Shown here: piece after piece, positions 19,330 through 28,668 of the stretch
Position numbering within the stretch: position 1 is the first letter of the stretch
Layout: the number at the start of each line of letters is the position of its first letter
Source: Nitrospirota bacterium
Lineage (GTDB): Bacteria > Nitrospirota > Thermodesulfovibrionia > UBA6902 > JACROP01
DNA length: 56,847 nt
Reading direction: 5' to 3'
Assembly (NCBI GenBank): GCA_016214385.1
Contig: JACROP010000108.1
Coordinates: forward strand, 1-56,847
Notes under the pieces: model-generated
Databases searched by the model: none
The model's input: only the letters and a program-made list of their open reading frames with translations
Told to the model about the DNA's origin: nothing
Program-made: the position numbers and the translations under genes

Positions 19330-20259
19330 ATGAATGAAACAGGTACATACCTTACAATCAAACACGATATACATGATATTCATGGTAATCGGGTTGCAAA
19401 GGCAGGCGATGTATTAACAGAAGGCTATCTCCATTTACTGGCAGATTCTTGCAGGTTCAAAAAGGAGGTAAAAAAATTAGTTAGTGAGACAACCATGTTT
19501 AGTGACCTGAAGGAATTCTTAAATTACAAAAACTACCAATTTATATTTGATCCTGAAGGTGTAAAGGATGAGGTGCTAAAGGTCATTGGGGGTATAAGCC
19601 TTCAGCCCATCCTCTTTGAAGAGTTTGATTTAATGAAGGAGAGGGATTTTTACACCTATAGGCATGTCATCCTTACCACAGCCTTAACAGTAAGAATGGC
19701 ATTGGATATCTATTCAAATGCCAATGAGATATTTAATGCTGCAGAAGCAGCATTTACACACGATTTTGGAAAGATAAGAGTGCCCCTCCACGTCATGCAA
19801 AAGACCAATTTTCTGACTGTTGCTGAGAATGACTTTATATCTGAACATTCAACTGTTGGTTATCTTTTGCTTATATATTATCAGGGGACTGTTGATTCAT
19901 TGAATAATAAGGTTGCATTTGAACATCATGAAAAGATCGATGGTTCAGGCTATCCGAGGGGGATTAAGGAGTCGCATCCCATTGTCGAGATAGTTACTAC
20001 AAGTGATATCTATGATGCCCTTATCTCAGAGAGGCCATATAGAAAGGAATCTTATACCATACGGGCAGCAATAGATCATCTTACAAAAGAGATGGACGAT
20101 GGGAAACTGAATGAGACAACAGTATGCCTTCTGGCATCCTATAATAGGAGAAAGAAAAGTAGCTCGATTGAGAATATTTCGCTTTCAAGAAATTTTAGAG
20201 GGACTCCTCCTGCTGAGAATTTTTATTCTCCTGTTAAAAAGAAAAGTGGCACCAGATAA
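19330..20259 (+). CDS. HD-GYP domain c-di-GMP phosphodiesterase
   Basis: 'HDFGK' and 'HHEKIDGSGYPRG' motifs. The N-terminal ~110 aa are unassigned. Confidence 0.85.
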   Translation: MNETGTYLTIKHDIHDIHGNRVAKAGDVLTEGYLHLLADSCRFKKEVKKLVSETTMFSDLKEFLNYKNYQFIFDPEGVKDEVLKVIGGISLQPILFEEFDLMKERDFYTYRHVILTTALTVRMALDIYSNANEIFNAAEAAFTHDFGKIRVPLHVMQKTNFLTVAENDFISEHSTVGYLLLIYYQGTVDSLNNKVAFEHHEKIDGSGYPRGIKESHPIVEIVTTSDIYDALISERPYRKESYTIRAAIDHLTKEMDDGKLNETTVCLLASYNRRKKSSSIENISLSRNFRGTPPAENFYSPVKKKSGTR

Positions 20260-20284
20260 TGTAGCATGGGTGTATGGTTACAAT

Positions 20285-20758
20285 TTACAGGGCAATCGGT
20301 CTATCTCTTTTTGCAGGTACGGCGCAGAGAAATCCAAATGGCTCGTTAAAAGGGTTCAGAAGCTGATGAGGCGTATTGGGCGATATATAGACAATGTCGA
20401 GAAAACTTAGCTTGTGATGTTTTTTGTTTAAAAATACTTTTCCATTGCCCCTGATTACTACTACCACATGCTCATGCCTGTGTTTTTCAAAGCTGCTCTG
20501 GCCTCCTGGAGCAATCTCAAAGTATCTCAGGTGAAATTTTGCAGATTCGCCGTAATTGCCGATTATAACTCGCCTTACAATAGCTGCCCAATTCCCAGCC
20601 TCTGGCTTATATTTTTCTGTCTTTATGCCCTGCCATGTGAAATTGCCCCTGTGTTTGCAGAGTTTGCTTTTATTTTTTATGTGTGCCTTCTTTCCTCTGC
20701 TGGTTGTAGACCTCATCTTCCAATCACATGATATTGGGGCTTTTTCCTTTTTAGGCAT
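20285..20758 (-). CDS. Cupin domain protein with a basic N-terminal extension
   Basis: 'GGQSSFEKHRHEHVVVVIRGNG...ISPNTPHQL' cupin_2 motifs. Confidence 0.7.
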   Translation of the reverse strand: MPKKEKAPISCDWKMRSTTSRGKKAHIKNKSKLCKHRGNFTWQGIKTEKYKPEAGNWAAIVRRVIIGNYGESAKFHLRYFEIAPGGQSSFEKHRHEHVVVVIRGNGKVFLNKKHHKLSFLDIVYISPNTPHQLLNPFNEPFGFLCAVPAKRDRPIAL

Positions 20759-20775
20759 TTAAAGACCTCCGTTAA

Positions 20776-21822
20776 TTAATCGAAAGCAATAATACTTTTA
20801 AGTGCATCACTCGCCCGAGAAGTGAGCTTGAATGCCTCTGCTGTCTTTTCAACAGGGAACCTGTGGGTGATTAACTTTTCAGCCCCCACAACACCTTCTG
20901 ATATGAACCTGAGCGATTCCCTTGTATCTGTAGGGCCGCATGAGTAACTTGTGACTATATTTATATCCCTGAAATACAGGTGGTTAGGGTCTATTGTAAG
21001 ATTTTCCCCTGGCTTTACAGGTGTAAACAAAATCACTGTCCCACCCTTTGAAACAGCCTCTATCCCCTGTTTCACAGCCTCCACACTGTTTGGGCCAACA
21101 ATCACAACATCTGCCATAAAACCATCGGTCAAGTCCTTCGCTCTCTCTATGAGATTTTCTTTAGAGACATCTATGACATAATCAGCGCCAAACTCCAGTG
21201 CCTTATTCAGCCTGAATGGTACCATATCAGCGCCGATTATTTTTTCTATGCCGAATTCCCTGGCAAGTAGTATATGCATCTGTCCCATAACGCCGAGCCC
21301 GATGACAAGTATGGTGTCACCCTTTTTTATGGACGCCCTCTTTAAAGATTTAACAACACATGCAGTTGGCTCAATCAATGTCCCATCTTCATAGTCTATA
21401 TCTTCTGGAAGTATCAGCGTATCGTTTCTTAGATTTATCTCAGGTATGAGTATGTATTCAGAGATGCCGCCTGGGATTATCCTCGTGTCCCGCCATGTAT
21501 CACACTGGACATAATCGCCACGCTTGCAATATCTACAGGATTTTAAGTTTAGGCACGGCGCATGATGGTGAACAAATACCATGTCACCAACAGAAAGTGA
21601 CGAGTGACGAGTGACAAGTGACGAGCCTAATTCTACAATCTCACCCACTGGCTCGTGGCCTAACACGAGGGGCGCCTTCTTTTCTATATACCATGGCATC
21701 ACATCCCCTGAGCAGATGCCACAGGCCTTTGTCTTTATAAGTGCATCACGAGGGCCGATCTGCGGAATGGGGATATCTTCTATTCGTATATCGGTGAAGC
21801 TATAAAGCTTTGCTACTTTCAT
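20776..21822 (-). CDS. Zn-dependent medium-chain alcohol/polyol dehydrogenase
   Basis: 'CGICSGD', 'GHEPVGEI' and 'GLGVMG' Rossmann motifs. It contains a heptamer repeat at 21597-21624. Confidence 0.88.
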   Translation of the reverse strand: MKVAKLYSFTDIRIEDIPIPQIGPRDALIKTKACGICSGDVMPWYIEKKAPLVLGHEPVGEIVELGSSLVTRHSSLSVGDMVFVHHHAPCLNLKSCRYCKRGDYVQCDTWRDTRIIPGGISEYILIPEINLRNDTLILPEDIDYEDGTLIEPTACVVKSLKRASIKKGDTILVIGLGVMGQMHILLAREFGIEKIIGADMVPFRLNKALEFGADYVIDVSKENLIERAKDLTDGFMADVVIVGPNSVEAVKQGIEAVSKGGTVILFTPVKPGENLTIDPNHLYFRDINIVTSYSCGPTDTRESLRFISEGVVGAEKLITHRFPVEKTAEAFKLTSRASDALKSIIAFD

Positions 21823-21968
21823 TTGCTCTCTCCATAAAGCACATCAAGCGGGCTTTGCGGCGCATTTTTCATATCGCGCAGGACATGGGTGTAAATCATG
21901 GTCGTCTCTACATTCTTATGCCCGAGTAGACTTTGCCATGATTTATAACCTTTCGCTTTTAGTCCATA
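21819..21968 (-). pseudogene. C-terminal remnant of an integron-type tyrosine recombinase (intI-like)
   Basis: The minus-strand frame reads '...[40 protein letters not shown]'. There is no start codon, and an in-frame stop lies just upstream at 21969-21971. The [13 protein letters not shown]-x8-SPLD tail matches my recollection of IntI C-termini. Its TGA overlaps the dehydrogenase ATG (ATGA). Confidence 0.7.
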
Positions 21969-22288
21969 TTACCACAAAAGACGAAATTGTTGGAATGCCT
22001 CATAATTGATTTTATGCAACTTTTCCTCTTTAAAAAATCTTCAAGCTGTGCTACATTTTAACCAGTTTTCGGAAAATACGGTAGTTCGTATAGTAATTGT
22101 TAGACAACAAATAATAATAAATAATGAAAAATAAAAAATATGGATGCTTGGTCAAAAAGTGAAATTGTTTCATATATTTTAGTGATTATCGGTGGATTGG
22201 CTCTTGCTGTTGGCCCGAGATTAAAAAAATATGAAAGACCTCAGCTCCGCCCTCCTCTGGAAAGACATATTTTTATGTTCCAAAAGCG

Positions 22289-22741
22289 ATGTCAGACAAG
22301 ATTTCTATTCAAAAGGATAGAAGCTTACCAGCCACAATTTTCAGTCACTATTTTCAAAAACGACCAACAACTGAAGAAGAATATGACAATCTTCTTCGTC
22401 TGCTTCAGTCAAAAGGGATATTCCTGATTGATATATGCGATGATCCTATCAAAGTCAGAGGTAATTCAAATGGCATCCAGCGTCTCATTAAAGAGATTCC
22501 GAAATTACGAACTAAGATGAAGAAAAGAAAAATAAATATTGAAGATAAAGACATCGTGTTTTTACTTGCCAGGAAAAACTATCTAAAAAATATTAAACAA
22601 GAATTCCCAATTTCAAAATATATAAGATGGATAGACTTCCGGATGTCACCAGAACCATTAATAAGAAGAAGAAATAAGGCAGGACATAACGAATCAATTC
22701 ACCGAATCGGCGGGGAACTGCCCCGCCTCTCGGTGATTTAG
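22289..22741 (+). CDS. Hypothetical protein (integron cassette ORF)
   Basis: 150-aa ORF with no recognisable motif. Its 3' end runs into the attC-like palindrome, as is common for cassette ORFs. Confidence 0.4.
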   Translation: MSDKISIQKDRSLPATIFSHYFQKRPTTEEEYDNLLRLLQSKGIFLIDICDDPIKVRGNSNGIQRLIKEIPKLRTKMKKRKINIEDKDIVFLLARKNYLKNIKQEFPISKYIRWIDFRMSPEPLIRRRNKAGHNESIHRIGGELPRLSVI

Positions 22742-22750
22742 GTCGTTATA
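22685..22750 (+). repeat. attC-like recombination site 1
   Basis: 'ATAACGAatcaatTCACCGA' ... central stem 'ggcggggaactgccccgcc' ... 'TCGGTGAtttaggTCGTTAT'. An R''-like xATAAC lies on the left and an R'-like GTTAT on the right. Confidence 0.55.
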
Positions 22751-22781
22751 GCTAAAAAAATACATTCCACCACAGTGCATC

Positions 22782-22810
22782 TTGACAAATGCTGTAATAC
22801 ATTGTAAACA
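22782..22810 (+). promoter_or_regulatory. Candidate cassette-internal promoter for the toxin-antitoxin pair
   Basis: TTGACA (22782-22787), a 17-nt spacer, then TAAACA (22805-22810). The ATG at 22817 follows 6 nt later. Confidence 0.3.
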
Positions 22811-22816
22811 TATATC

Positions 22817-23086
22817 ATGGTTGTTTATGAAGAGAACGTTAAAAAGTCAGTTGCTAAAGGTTCTTTACCTAAAGATGTTTTTGAAAGATTTAATAACGTT
22901 TTTATTGCTTTAGATACGACTCATGATCTCAGCCTTTTTGATATTAAAAAATTAAAGGCATCTGAAAAGAGGACATACTATCGCGTTAGAAAAGGGAAAT
23001 ATAGAGCCATATTCTATATTGAGAACAATAACTATTACGTTATATCAATTGCCAAGAGAGAGGAGGTATATGATAAATGGGAGTAA
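22817..23086 (+). CDS. RelE/ParE-family toxin
   Basis: 89 aa. 'YYRVRKGKYRAIFYIENNNYYVISIAKREEVY' is the typical RelE/ParE C-terminal pattern. Confidence 0.7.
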   Translation: MVVYEENVKKSVAKGSLPKDVFERFNNVFIALDTTHDLSLFDIKKLKASEKRTYYRVRKGKYRAIFYIENNNYYVISIAKREEVYDKWE

Positions 23087-23292
23087 TATCCATTAGATTG
23101 AATAAAGATGAAGAAAAGATTCTAAAGAAACTGGCCGAGTATTTTCATGAGGATAAATCGGCGTTAGTTAAAAAATCATTGCTTGAGTTGTATGAAAATG
23201 TCGTGGATTTGGACGAGATAAAAAAATTTGAGGCAAAGGAGCGTAAAGGTAAAGTATCTTTTTTTACAGCAGAAGATATTCTAAAAAAATAG
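23077..23292 (+). CDS. Ribbon-helix-helix (CopG/DUF6290-like) antitoxin
   Basis: 71 aa. 'ISIRLNKDEEKILKKLAEYFHEDKSALVKKSLLE' looks like an RHH fold. It overlaps the toxin gene by 10 nt. Confidence 0.6.
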   Translation: MGVISIRLNKDEEKILKKLAEYFHEDKSALVKKSLLELYENVVDLDEIKKFEAKERKGKVSFFTAEDILKK

Positions 23293-23304
23293 AAGTAATG
23301 CTGC

Positions 23305-23360
23305 TATAACAAATCACTCCACAGGATGCGGAAACCGCACCTGTGAGTTCAGGCGTTACT
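23305..23360 (+). repeat. attC-like recombination site 2
   Basis: 'ATAACAAatcactCCACAGG' ... central stem 'tgcggaaaccgca' ... 'CCTGTGAgttcaggCGTTAC'. The left arm matches site 1 at 15 of 20 positions. Confidence 0.55.
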
Positions 23361-23369
23361 GGTATGTAT

Positions 23370-24434
23370 TCAGGGGATGATTGCATACTTTATACCCTCG
23401 CCTCGAATAAGGCGTTCAAGGGCTGTCTTGAGATTATCGAGCGGGTAGCTGTCTGAGATAAGTCCCCTGACTTTGATGCTTCCATCACACAGGAGCTTAT
23501 AAGCTTTTTTAACATCAGATGGCGTGTAGTGAAAGATGCCCTTCAGGGTCATTTCATCGTAGTGGAGCCTTTTCGTATCATACACTACAGTGGTTTCTTC
23601 TTTGCATCCACCGAAGAGCACAACTGTACCGCCTTTTCGTGCAAGCCATATAGATGTCTCCCATACCTCTGGAAGTCCTGTGCATTCAAAGACAATGTCT
23701 GCCCCCAGCCCCTTTGTAAAATCTTTTATTGCTTTATCAGCATTCCCTTCATCTGCATCTATTACGAGGTCAGCCCCTTGCTCTGCCGCCTTTTTCAACC
23801 GCTCTTTTCTCTTACCGAGAACAATTACCCTTAGCCCCATTGTCTTTAAAAGCATAATGTGCAGAAGTCCTATTGGACCTGCGCCGATGATTAGTGCCGT
23901 GTCTTCTCCTGACAGAGAAACAGAATTAATTCCATGCACAACGCATGAGAGTGGCTCAAGGAATGCGGCCTCTTCAAAGCTGAGGCTATCTGGCTTTTGA
24001 AATACATTCTGTCTCACGATGTGTGGCGGAAGCAATATGTATTCTGCAAAGGCCCCGAGAATTTTTGTATCCATAATTTTCTCACAGAGGTTGTGTAGGC
24101 CTTTCCTGCAGAATGGGCATTCTCCACATGGTGCGCTGTGAACTGCCATTACCTCCATGCCTTTTTTGAAGTCATTCACACGAAGGCCAACCTCTGCAAT
24201 TACACCTGAAAACTCATGCCCGAAAACCCCTGGCATTGGAATAAGGGGATGTCCCCTTTTAAATGCCTTCAGGTCAGTGCCGCAGGTAAGGGCAGCCTTT
24301 ATTTTTATCAGAATCTCTCCCTCAGAGGGTCGTGGGGTTTCGATTTCTCTCAGCTCTAAGACGCCAGGACTTATTAAAAGATTTGCCCTCATTTGTTTGA
24401 AAGGTAACCTAAAATATGCATGTGGGTCAAGCAC
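23370..24434 (-). CDS. Zn-dependent medium-chain dehydrogenase (threonine/sorbitol dehydrogenase-like)
   Basis: 'CGTD', 'GHEFSGVIAEVG', 'CGECPFC' structural Zn site and 'GAGPIG'. GTG start at 24434; an alternative ATG is at 24392. Confidence 0.85.
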   Translation of the reverse strand: MLDPHAYFRLPFKQMRANLLISPGVLELREIETPRPSEGEILIKIKAALTCGTDLKAFKRGHPLIPMPGVFGHEFSGVIAEVGLRVNDFKKGMEVMAVHSAPCGECPFCRKGLHNLCEKIMDTKILGAFAEYILLPPHIVRQNVFQKPDSLSFEEAAFLEPLSCVVHGINSVSLSGEDTALIIGAGPIGLLHIMLLKTMGLRVIVLGKRKERLKKAAEQGADLVIDADEGNADKAIKDFTKGLGADIVFECTGLPEVWETSIWLARKGGTVVLFGGCKEETTVVYDTKRLHYDEMTLKGIFHYTPSDVKKAYKLLCDGSIKVRGLISDSYPLDNLKTALERLIRGEGIKYAIIP

Positions 24435-24535
24435 TTTAATGCCCCTGCCTTAAAACTCTAAGGGAAGAAATTTCTTAGGAGGTAGTTTGTTCAAAGGAGC
24501 AGTTTCCCAAAAGATTTGAAGGTTGTCATTGCTTT

Positions 24536-24943
24536 GTGGTAGATTTTCATATGAAGCTTGCTGATGATGGTTACTGCTTTGTGTGCGGGCCTAAGAATCC
24601 GATAGGTCTCAGGCTTGATTTTTCCTTTGATGGAAAGACCATAAAGACTGAGTTTACCCCTCAGAAGGTTCATCAGGGGTATCTAAATATTGTCCATGGC
24701 GGGATTATAGCAACTCTGCTTGATGAGGCAATGGTCAAGCTTGCCCTTGCCCTTAATATCCCTGCGGTTACAGCTATGATGGAAATCCGCCTTAAAAAGG
24801 CCCTTAACGTTGGAGAGAAATTAATAGTCGAGGCAAATATAATCAGGGATACAAAAAAGATTTTAGAGGCAGAGGCAAAGGCTACCACAGAAAACGGAAC
24901 TATTATTGCCGAAGCCATGGGCAAGCTTATTAAGGTTAATTAA
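24536..24943 (+). CDS. PaaI-family hotdog thioesterase
   Basis: '[12 protein letters not shown]' and '[13 protein letters not shown]'. The more likely start is the ATG at 24551. Confidence 0.8.
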   Translation: MVDFHMKLADDGYCFVCGPKNPIGLRLDFSFDGKTIKTEFTPQKVHQGYLNIVHGGIIATLLDEAMVKLALALNIPAVTAMMEIRLKKALNVGEKLIVEANIIRDTKKILEAEAKATTENGTIIAEAMGKLIKVN

Positions 24944-25335
24944 TATTTCCCCTCAAAATAGTCCTCAAGTATTTTTCTGTGGTCAAAGGCTATGATTTTA
25001 GGAAGAGAGTCTTTCTTGAAAATCCCAATCTCTCTGGCATCATCGCCTGCCTCTGGCCTGCCTGAGGCAGTGGCTATATATACTGTGCTTACAGTATGAT
25101 GCCTCGGGTCTCTATCTGGTTCTGAATATGTATGGAATTGTCTTATCAGTTTTATATCGAGGCCTGTCTCTTCTTTTGCCTCTCTTACTGCTGCTGCCTC
25201 GAGGGATTCTCCATAATCAACAAATCCTCCAGGCAGGGCCCAGCCTTCAGGCGGATTTTTTCTTTTAATGAGGATTATCCCGTCTGCTATTTCTATAATT
25301 ATATCGACGGTGAGAAATGGATTTTTGTGGATCAC
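24940..25335 (-). CDS. NUDIX hydrolase
   Basis: Nudix box '[23 protein letters not shown]'. Confidence 0.9.
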   Translation of the reverse strand: MIHKNPFLTVDIIIEIADGIILIKRKNPPEGWALPGGFVDYGESLEAAAVREAKEETGLDIKLIRQFHTYSEPDRDPRHHTVSTVYIATASGRPEAGDDAREIGIFKKDSLPKIIAFDHRKILEDYFEGKY

Positions 25336-25571
25336 TGTTCCTGCGGGGTCTCAAATTTTATATCAACATCTTTCTCCGGGACGATTGTGGAGATTGCATG
25401 CTTGTAGACGAGCTGCTGGGTGCCTTCTTTTATCAGGACTACAAAATTATCAAAGCCCTTTATGAGTCCTTTCAGACGCACTCCGTTTAAAAGATAAATA
25501 ACAACTGGAATTTTCTCTTTCCTCAGATAATTGAGATAGAGATCCTGAAGGTTCTGATTTTTGGTGCTCAT
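25332..25571 (-). CDS. hfq: RNA chaperone Hfq
   Basis: Sm motifs '[27 protein letters not shown]' and '[12 protein letters not shown]'. It lies downstream of miaA, as in other bacteria. Confidence 0.95.
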   Translation of the reverse strand: MSTKNQNLQDLYLNYLRKEKIPVVIYLLNGVRLKGLIKGFDNFVVLIKEGTQQLVYKHAISTIVPEKDVDIKFETPQEQ

Positions 25572-26611
25572 GGGCTTTCTCCTTTCTGACTCAGCAAATC
25601 GCAGATTTTTTTATTTTTAAGATAAAAGATTTCCTTAAAGATTGCAATATTATTTATAACCCTTGAAAGGATTTCTTCCGACTCTGTGAGCCCTGTTATG
25701 CCTACCCAGAAAATATCAGGCTCTTTTTTAAACCATGTGAATTGCCGTTTTGCGAATAGTTTGGTGCGCTTTTTAAAAATTTTTATGGCATCCTGAAGGT
25801 CGTTGCGACTCGTAACTGAGCTGATATTGCCTTTTCCGCCTTCGGCGGATCCGCCTGTGGCGGAAAGGTATAAAGACATTTCTTTATAGCCGAGGGCCTG
25901 CATTGAAGGAAGTCTGGAATCCTTCCCTATTAATTCTATGACTTGCCTAACCTCATCAACCAGCCCTTTCTCCATCATCTCATCAACCCTTTGCTCAATC
26001 ATCCTGTAAAGCTCTTTTCTTTCTCTGTAGAGTCCTATCTTTATGAATTCATAAGGCTCTGCAGCGGTGAATGAGCGCTGAAGCTCTGAGATCGCCTTTT
26101 TACCTTTAAGTGAGACCTCAAGGGCCCTGATTATCCTCCTTGTGTCTGCTGGATTAATCTTATCTGCGGCTGCAGGATCAATTTTTCTCAGGCGTTCGTA
26201 AAGATGGCCTGTACCATGGATTTTTTCTTCTTCTATAAGTTTTTCCCTTAATGCCCAATCTGCTGATGGGCCTTCAAAGAGTCCCCTTGTTAAAGTCCTT
26301 ATATACAGCCCTGTTCCTCCGACAACTATTGGAATCTTGCCACGCTCATGCAGGTTATTAATAATCCTTACAGCCATGTCTCTGAAAAGACCTGCGCTGA
26401 AAGATTCGGTTGGATCCATAATATCAATCAGATGATGCTTTACTTCTTTAAGCTCTGTAGCAGATGGTTTGGCAGTCCCTATGTCCATGTGTCGGTAAAT
26501 CTGCATGGAGTCTGCACTGATTATTTCTGTGTCAAGGGCCTTTGCGAGGAGGATGGAGAGGCCTGTTTTACCAACACAGGTTGGGCCGAGGATTATAATA
26601 ACTGACTTCAT
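25568..26611 (-). CDS. miaA: tRNA dimethylallyltransferase
   Basis: P-loop 'GPTCVGKT', '[16 protein letters not shown]' and 'AKRQFTWFK'. It carries an in-frame palindromic insert at 25830-25868. Confidence 0.95.
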   Translation of the reverse strand: MKSVIIILGPTCVGKTGLSILLAKALDTEIISADSMQIYRHMDIGTAKPSATELKEVKHHLIDIMDPTESFSAGLFRDMAVRIINNLHERGKIPIVVGGTGLYIRTLTRGLFEGPSADWALREKLIEEEKIHGTGHLYERLRKIDPAAADKINPADTRRIIRALEVSLKGKKAISELQRSFTAAEPYEFIKIGLYRERKELYRMIEQRVDEMMEKGLVDEVRQVIELIGKDSRLPSMQALGYKEMSLYLSATGGSAEGGKGNISSVTSRNDLQDAIKIFKKRTKLFAKRQFTWFKKEPDIFWVGITGLTESEEILSRVINNIAIFKEIFYLKNKKICDLLSQKGESP

Positions 26612-28290
26612 TCTCTCTTAAAAAGTCTCCTTAAATCTCTGATGCTGAAGTGTATCCTCGTGGGTCTTCCATGAGGGCATCTGTCAGGCATTTCTGTTTT
26701 TTCAAGTTCTGATAGTAGCCGGGTAATCTCGTCCTGTTTTAACCCTTCATCGCCTCTCACAGCTTTATGGCATGCAAGTCTGGCGGCTGTAGTGTGTATG
26801 AGTTTTTCTTTGCCGGTTCCCTGCTCTTCGAGGATTCCTGAAGCTATGTCTAATAAAAGTCCTTTGATGTCTGCTTTGAGGAGTTCCCTGGGAAGGGCTC
26901 TAACTATCACATTGTTCAGGCCGAATTCATCGAAATCAAGGCCAAAATCATGGAGGAGCTTTTTATTATCCATAATAACATTGTATTCCCTAACTGGTAG
27001 CTCTATCCTTGCCGGGAAAAGCAGGTTTTCTACTTCTACGCTGGTCTTTTTTAGAAATTTTTCATAAAGGATTCTCTCATGGGCTGCGTGCTGGTCAATG
27101 ATTGTGAGGCCGCCCTCTGTGATTGCTGCAATAAAAGATTCCCCGATATAAAAATACCGTGCATGGGGAACAGCCCCATAGGTCAGGATGTCTGTTTGAA
27201 AACCTGCTGAATCAAATACAGGCCCTGAATCATGAACAGCAAAAGGCCCTCTGGTTTCAGTCCATTCATAGGACGGGGTATCTTGCATCATTGTCACAGG
27301 AGAGCCTTTCGAAAGATTTTTATCGAGGGAAGATGTTATCAATTTATGGATTTCTTCAGGAGAATCAAATCTGACCTCACGCTTTGCAGGGTGAACATTC
27401 ACATCTACCTTCCTGGGATTAATGTCGAGAAAGAGGAAAAATGCCGGGTGCCTGTCCTTAGGGATTAGACCGCTGTAAGCATTATACACAGCATGGCTTA
27501 CAGTCGGATTTTTTACAGCCCGCCTGTTTACGAATATATACTGGTAGTTTCTGGTTGCCCTTGCAAATTCTATGAATGAGAAAAACCCATAGAGCTTTAT
27601 TCCATCTCCTTCTTCAGAGGCATCAAAAAATTCATTGAATAATTCTTCGCCGTAAAGCTGGATAAATCTCTCCCTGCGACTGCCTGCCTCAGGGACAGAA
27701 ATTATGTCCCTTCCGTTATGTATGAGGGAAAATGATATTTCCGGATATGAAAGGGCCTTCTGCGTGACAACATCAATTATATGGGACAGCTCTGTGGAAA
27801 CGCTCTTGAGGAATTTCCGTCTTGCAGGTGTGTTGTAAAATATATCCCTCACCTCTACACATGTCCCGCGCCATACAGGGGCATCTGTTATCAACCTTTC
27901 ATACCCTATTCTGATTTCTATCTTTGTGCCATTTGGAGAGTCCGGCTGTGAAGTTATCAGGGTAACTTTTGAGACAGATGCTATGGCAGGGAGGGCCTCG
28001 CCCCTGAAGCCGAGGGTGAATATATTAAAAAGGTCGTCCTCTGATTTTATCTTGCTTGTGGCATGCCTCTCAAAGCAGAGCGAGGCATTCTTTCTGTCCA
28101 TTCCTTCGCCGTCATCAATTACCCTTATTAGTTGCTTCCCCCCATGGAGTATTTCCACAGAGATTTTTTTCGCAGAGGCATCAATAGAATTGTCTATGAG
28201 TTCCCTCACCACCGATGCTGGCCGCTCAATAACCTCACCGGCAGCGATTTTGTTTATCAAGAACTCTGGAAGGATGGAGATTTCAGACAT
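26608..28290 (-). CDS. mutL: DNA mismatch repair protein MutL
   Basis: GHKL ATPase N-terminus 'IAAGEVIERPASVVRELIDNSIDA', 'GFRGEAL' and a C-terminal dimerisation domain. Confidence 0.95.
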   Translation of the reverse strand: MSEISILPEFLINKIAAGEVIERPASVVRELIDNSIDASAKKISVEILHGGKQLIRVIDDGEGMDRKNASLCFERHATSKIKSEDDLFNIFTLGFRGEALPAIASVSKVTLITSQPDSPNGTKIEIRIGYERLITDAPVWRGTCVEVRDIFYNTPARRKFLKSVSTELSHIIDVVTQKALSYPEISFSLIHNGRDIISVPEAGSRRERFIQLYGEELFNEFFDASEEGDGIKLYGFFSFIEFARATRNYQYIFVNRRAVKNPTVSHAVYNAYSGLIPKDRHPAFFLFLDINPRKVDVNVHPAKREVRFDSPEEIHKLITSSLDKNLSKGSPVTMMQDTPSYEWTETRGPFAVHDSGPVFDSAGFQTDILTYGAVPHARYFYIGESFIAAITEGGLTIIDQHAAHERILYEKFLKKTSVEVENLLFPARIELPVREYNVIMDNKKLLHDFGLDFDEFGLNNVIVRALPRELLKADIKGLLLDIASGILEEQGTGKEKLIHTTAARLACHKAVRGDEGLKQDEITRLLSELEKTEMPDRCPHGRPTRIHFSIRDLRRLFKRE

Positions 28291-28405
28291 AATCTATTTT
28301 ATCCTCTGAGCTTTTATTTTGACAAGGACAACATGTTTTACTATTCTTTAATCAAAGGGGTGGCTGGGAATAGGATTTTTTATTTTAAACTCGTATAATT
28401 TAATT

Positions 28406-28624
28406 ATGAGGCAGAGGCTTTATCTGAGAGTAGGGGACAGGGTGGAACATATCAGGCACTCTGTATGGGGTGTTGGAGAGGTTGTGGAGGAGAAGCATTC
28501 GCTTCTTTCAGGGGGGTTCTGCCTTGTCAGGGTCCTCTTTGAGGATGGCAATGAGAGGTCGTTTATCAATGACCTCGACAGCGAAGGCTGCTGTTATTAT
28601 GCAGGCATAAGGATTCTCTATTAA
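28406..28624 (+). CDS. Small hypothetical protein (DUF3553/tudor-like, tentative)
   Basis: 72 aa. 'VGDRVEHIRHSVWGVGEVVE...VRVLFEDG' resembles the PcrA/UvrD tudor-like DUF3553 pattern. Confidence 0.4.
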   Translation: MRQRLYLRVGDRVEHIRHSVWGVGEVVEEKHSLLSGGFCLVRVLFEDGNERSFINDLDSEGCCYYAGIRILY

Positions 28625-28668
28625 GAATCAGTAGTGTCCGCTAAAAATCTAAGAAATTACTACTATAT

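Larger units (their letters stand above)
21819..23362 (+). mobile_element. Degenerate integron: intI remnant plus two attC-terminated cassettes
   Basis: The intI remnant is on the minus strand and the cassette ORFs on the plus strand. Two structurally matching attC-like palindromes lie at 22685-22750 and 23305-23360. Confidence 0.6.

Noticed and set aside
22099-22105. GTTAGAC as the attI or first cassette boundary of the integron remnant
   Set aside because: It matches the GTTRRRY consensus, but a 7-mer is expected by chance and I could not find a convincing partner structure. It is mentioned under the integron finding only.
20776-24434. Idea that the two medium-chain dehydrogenase genes flanking the integron are halves of a duplication created by the insertion
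   Set aside because: The two proteins share only family-level motifs and differ throughout, and both are full length. There is no evidence of a recent duplication or disrupted target.
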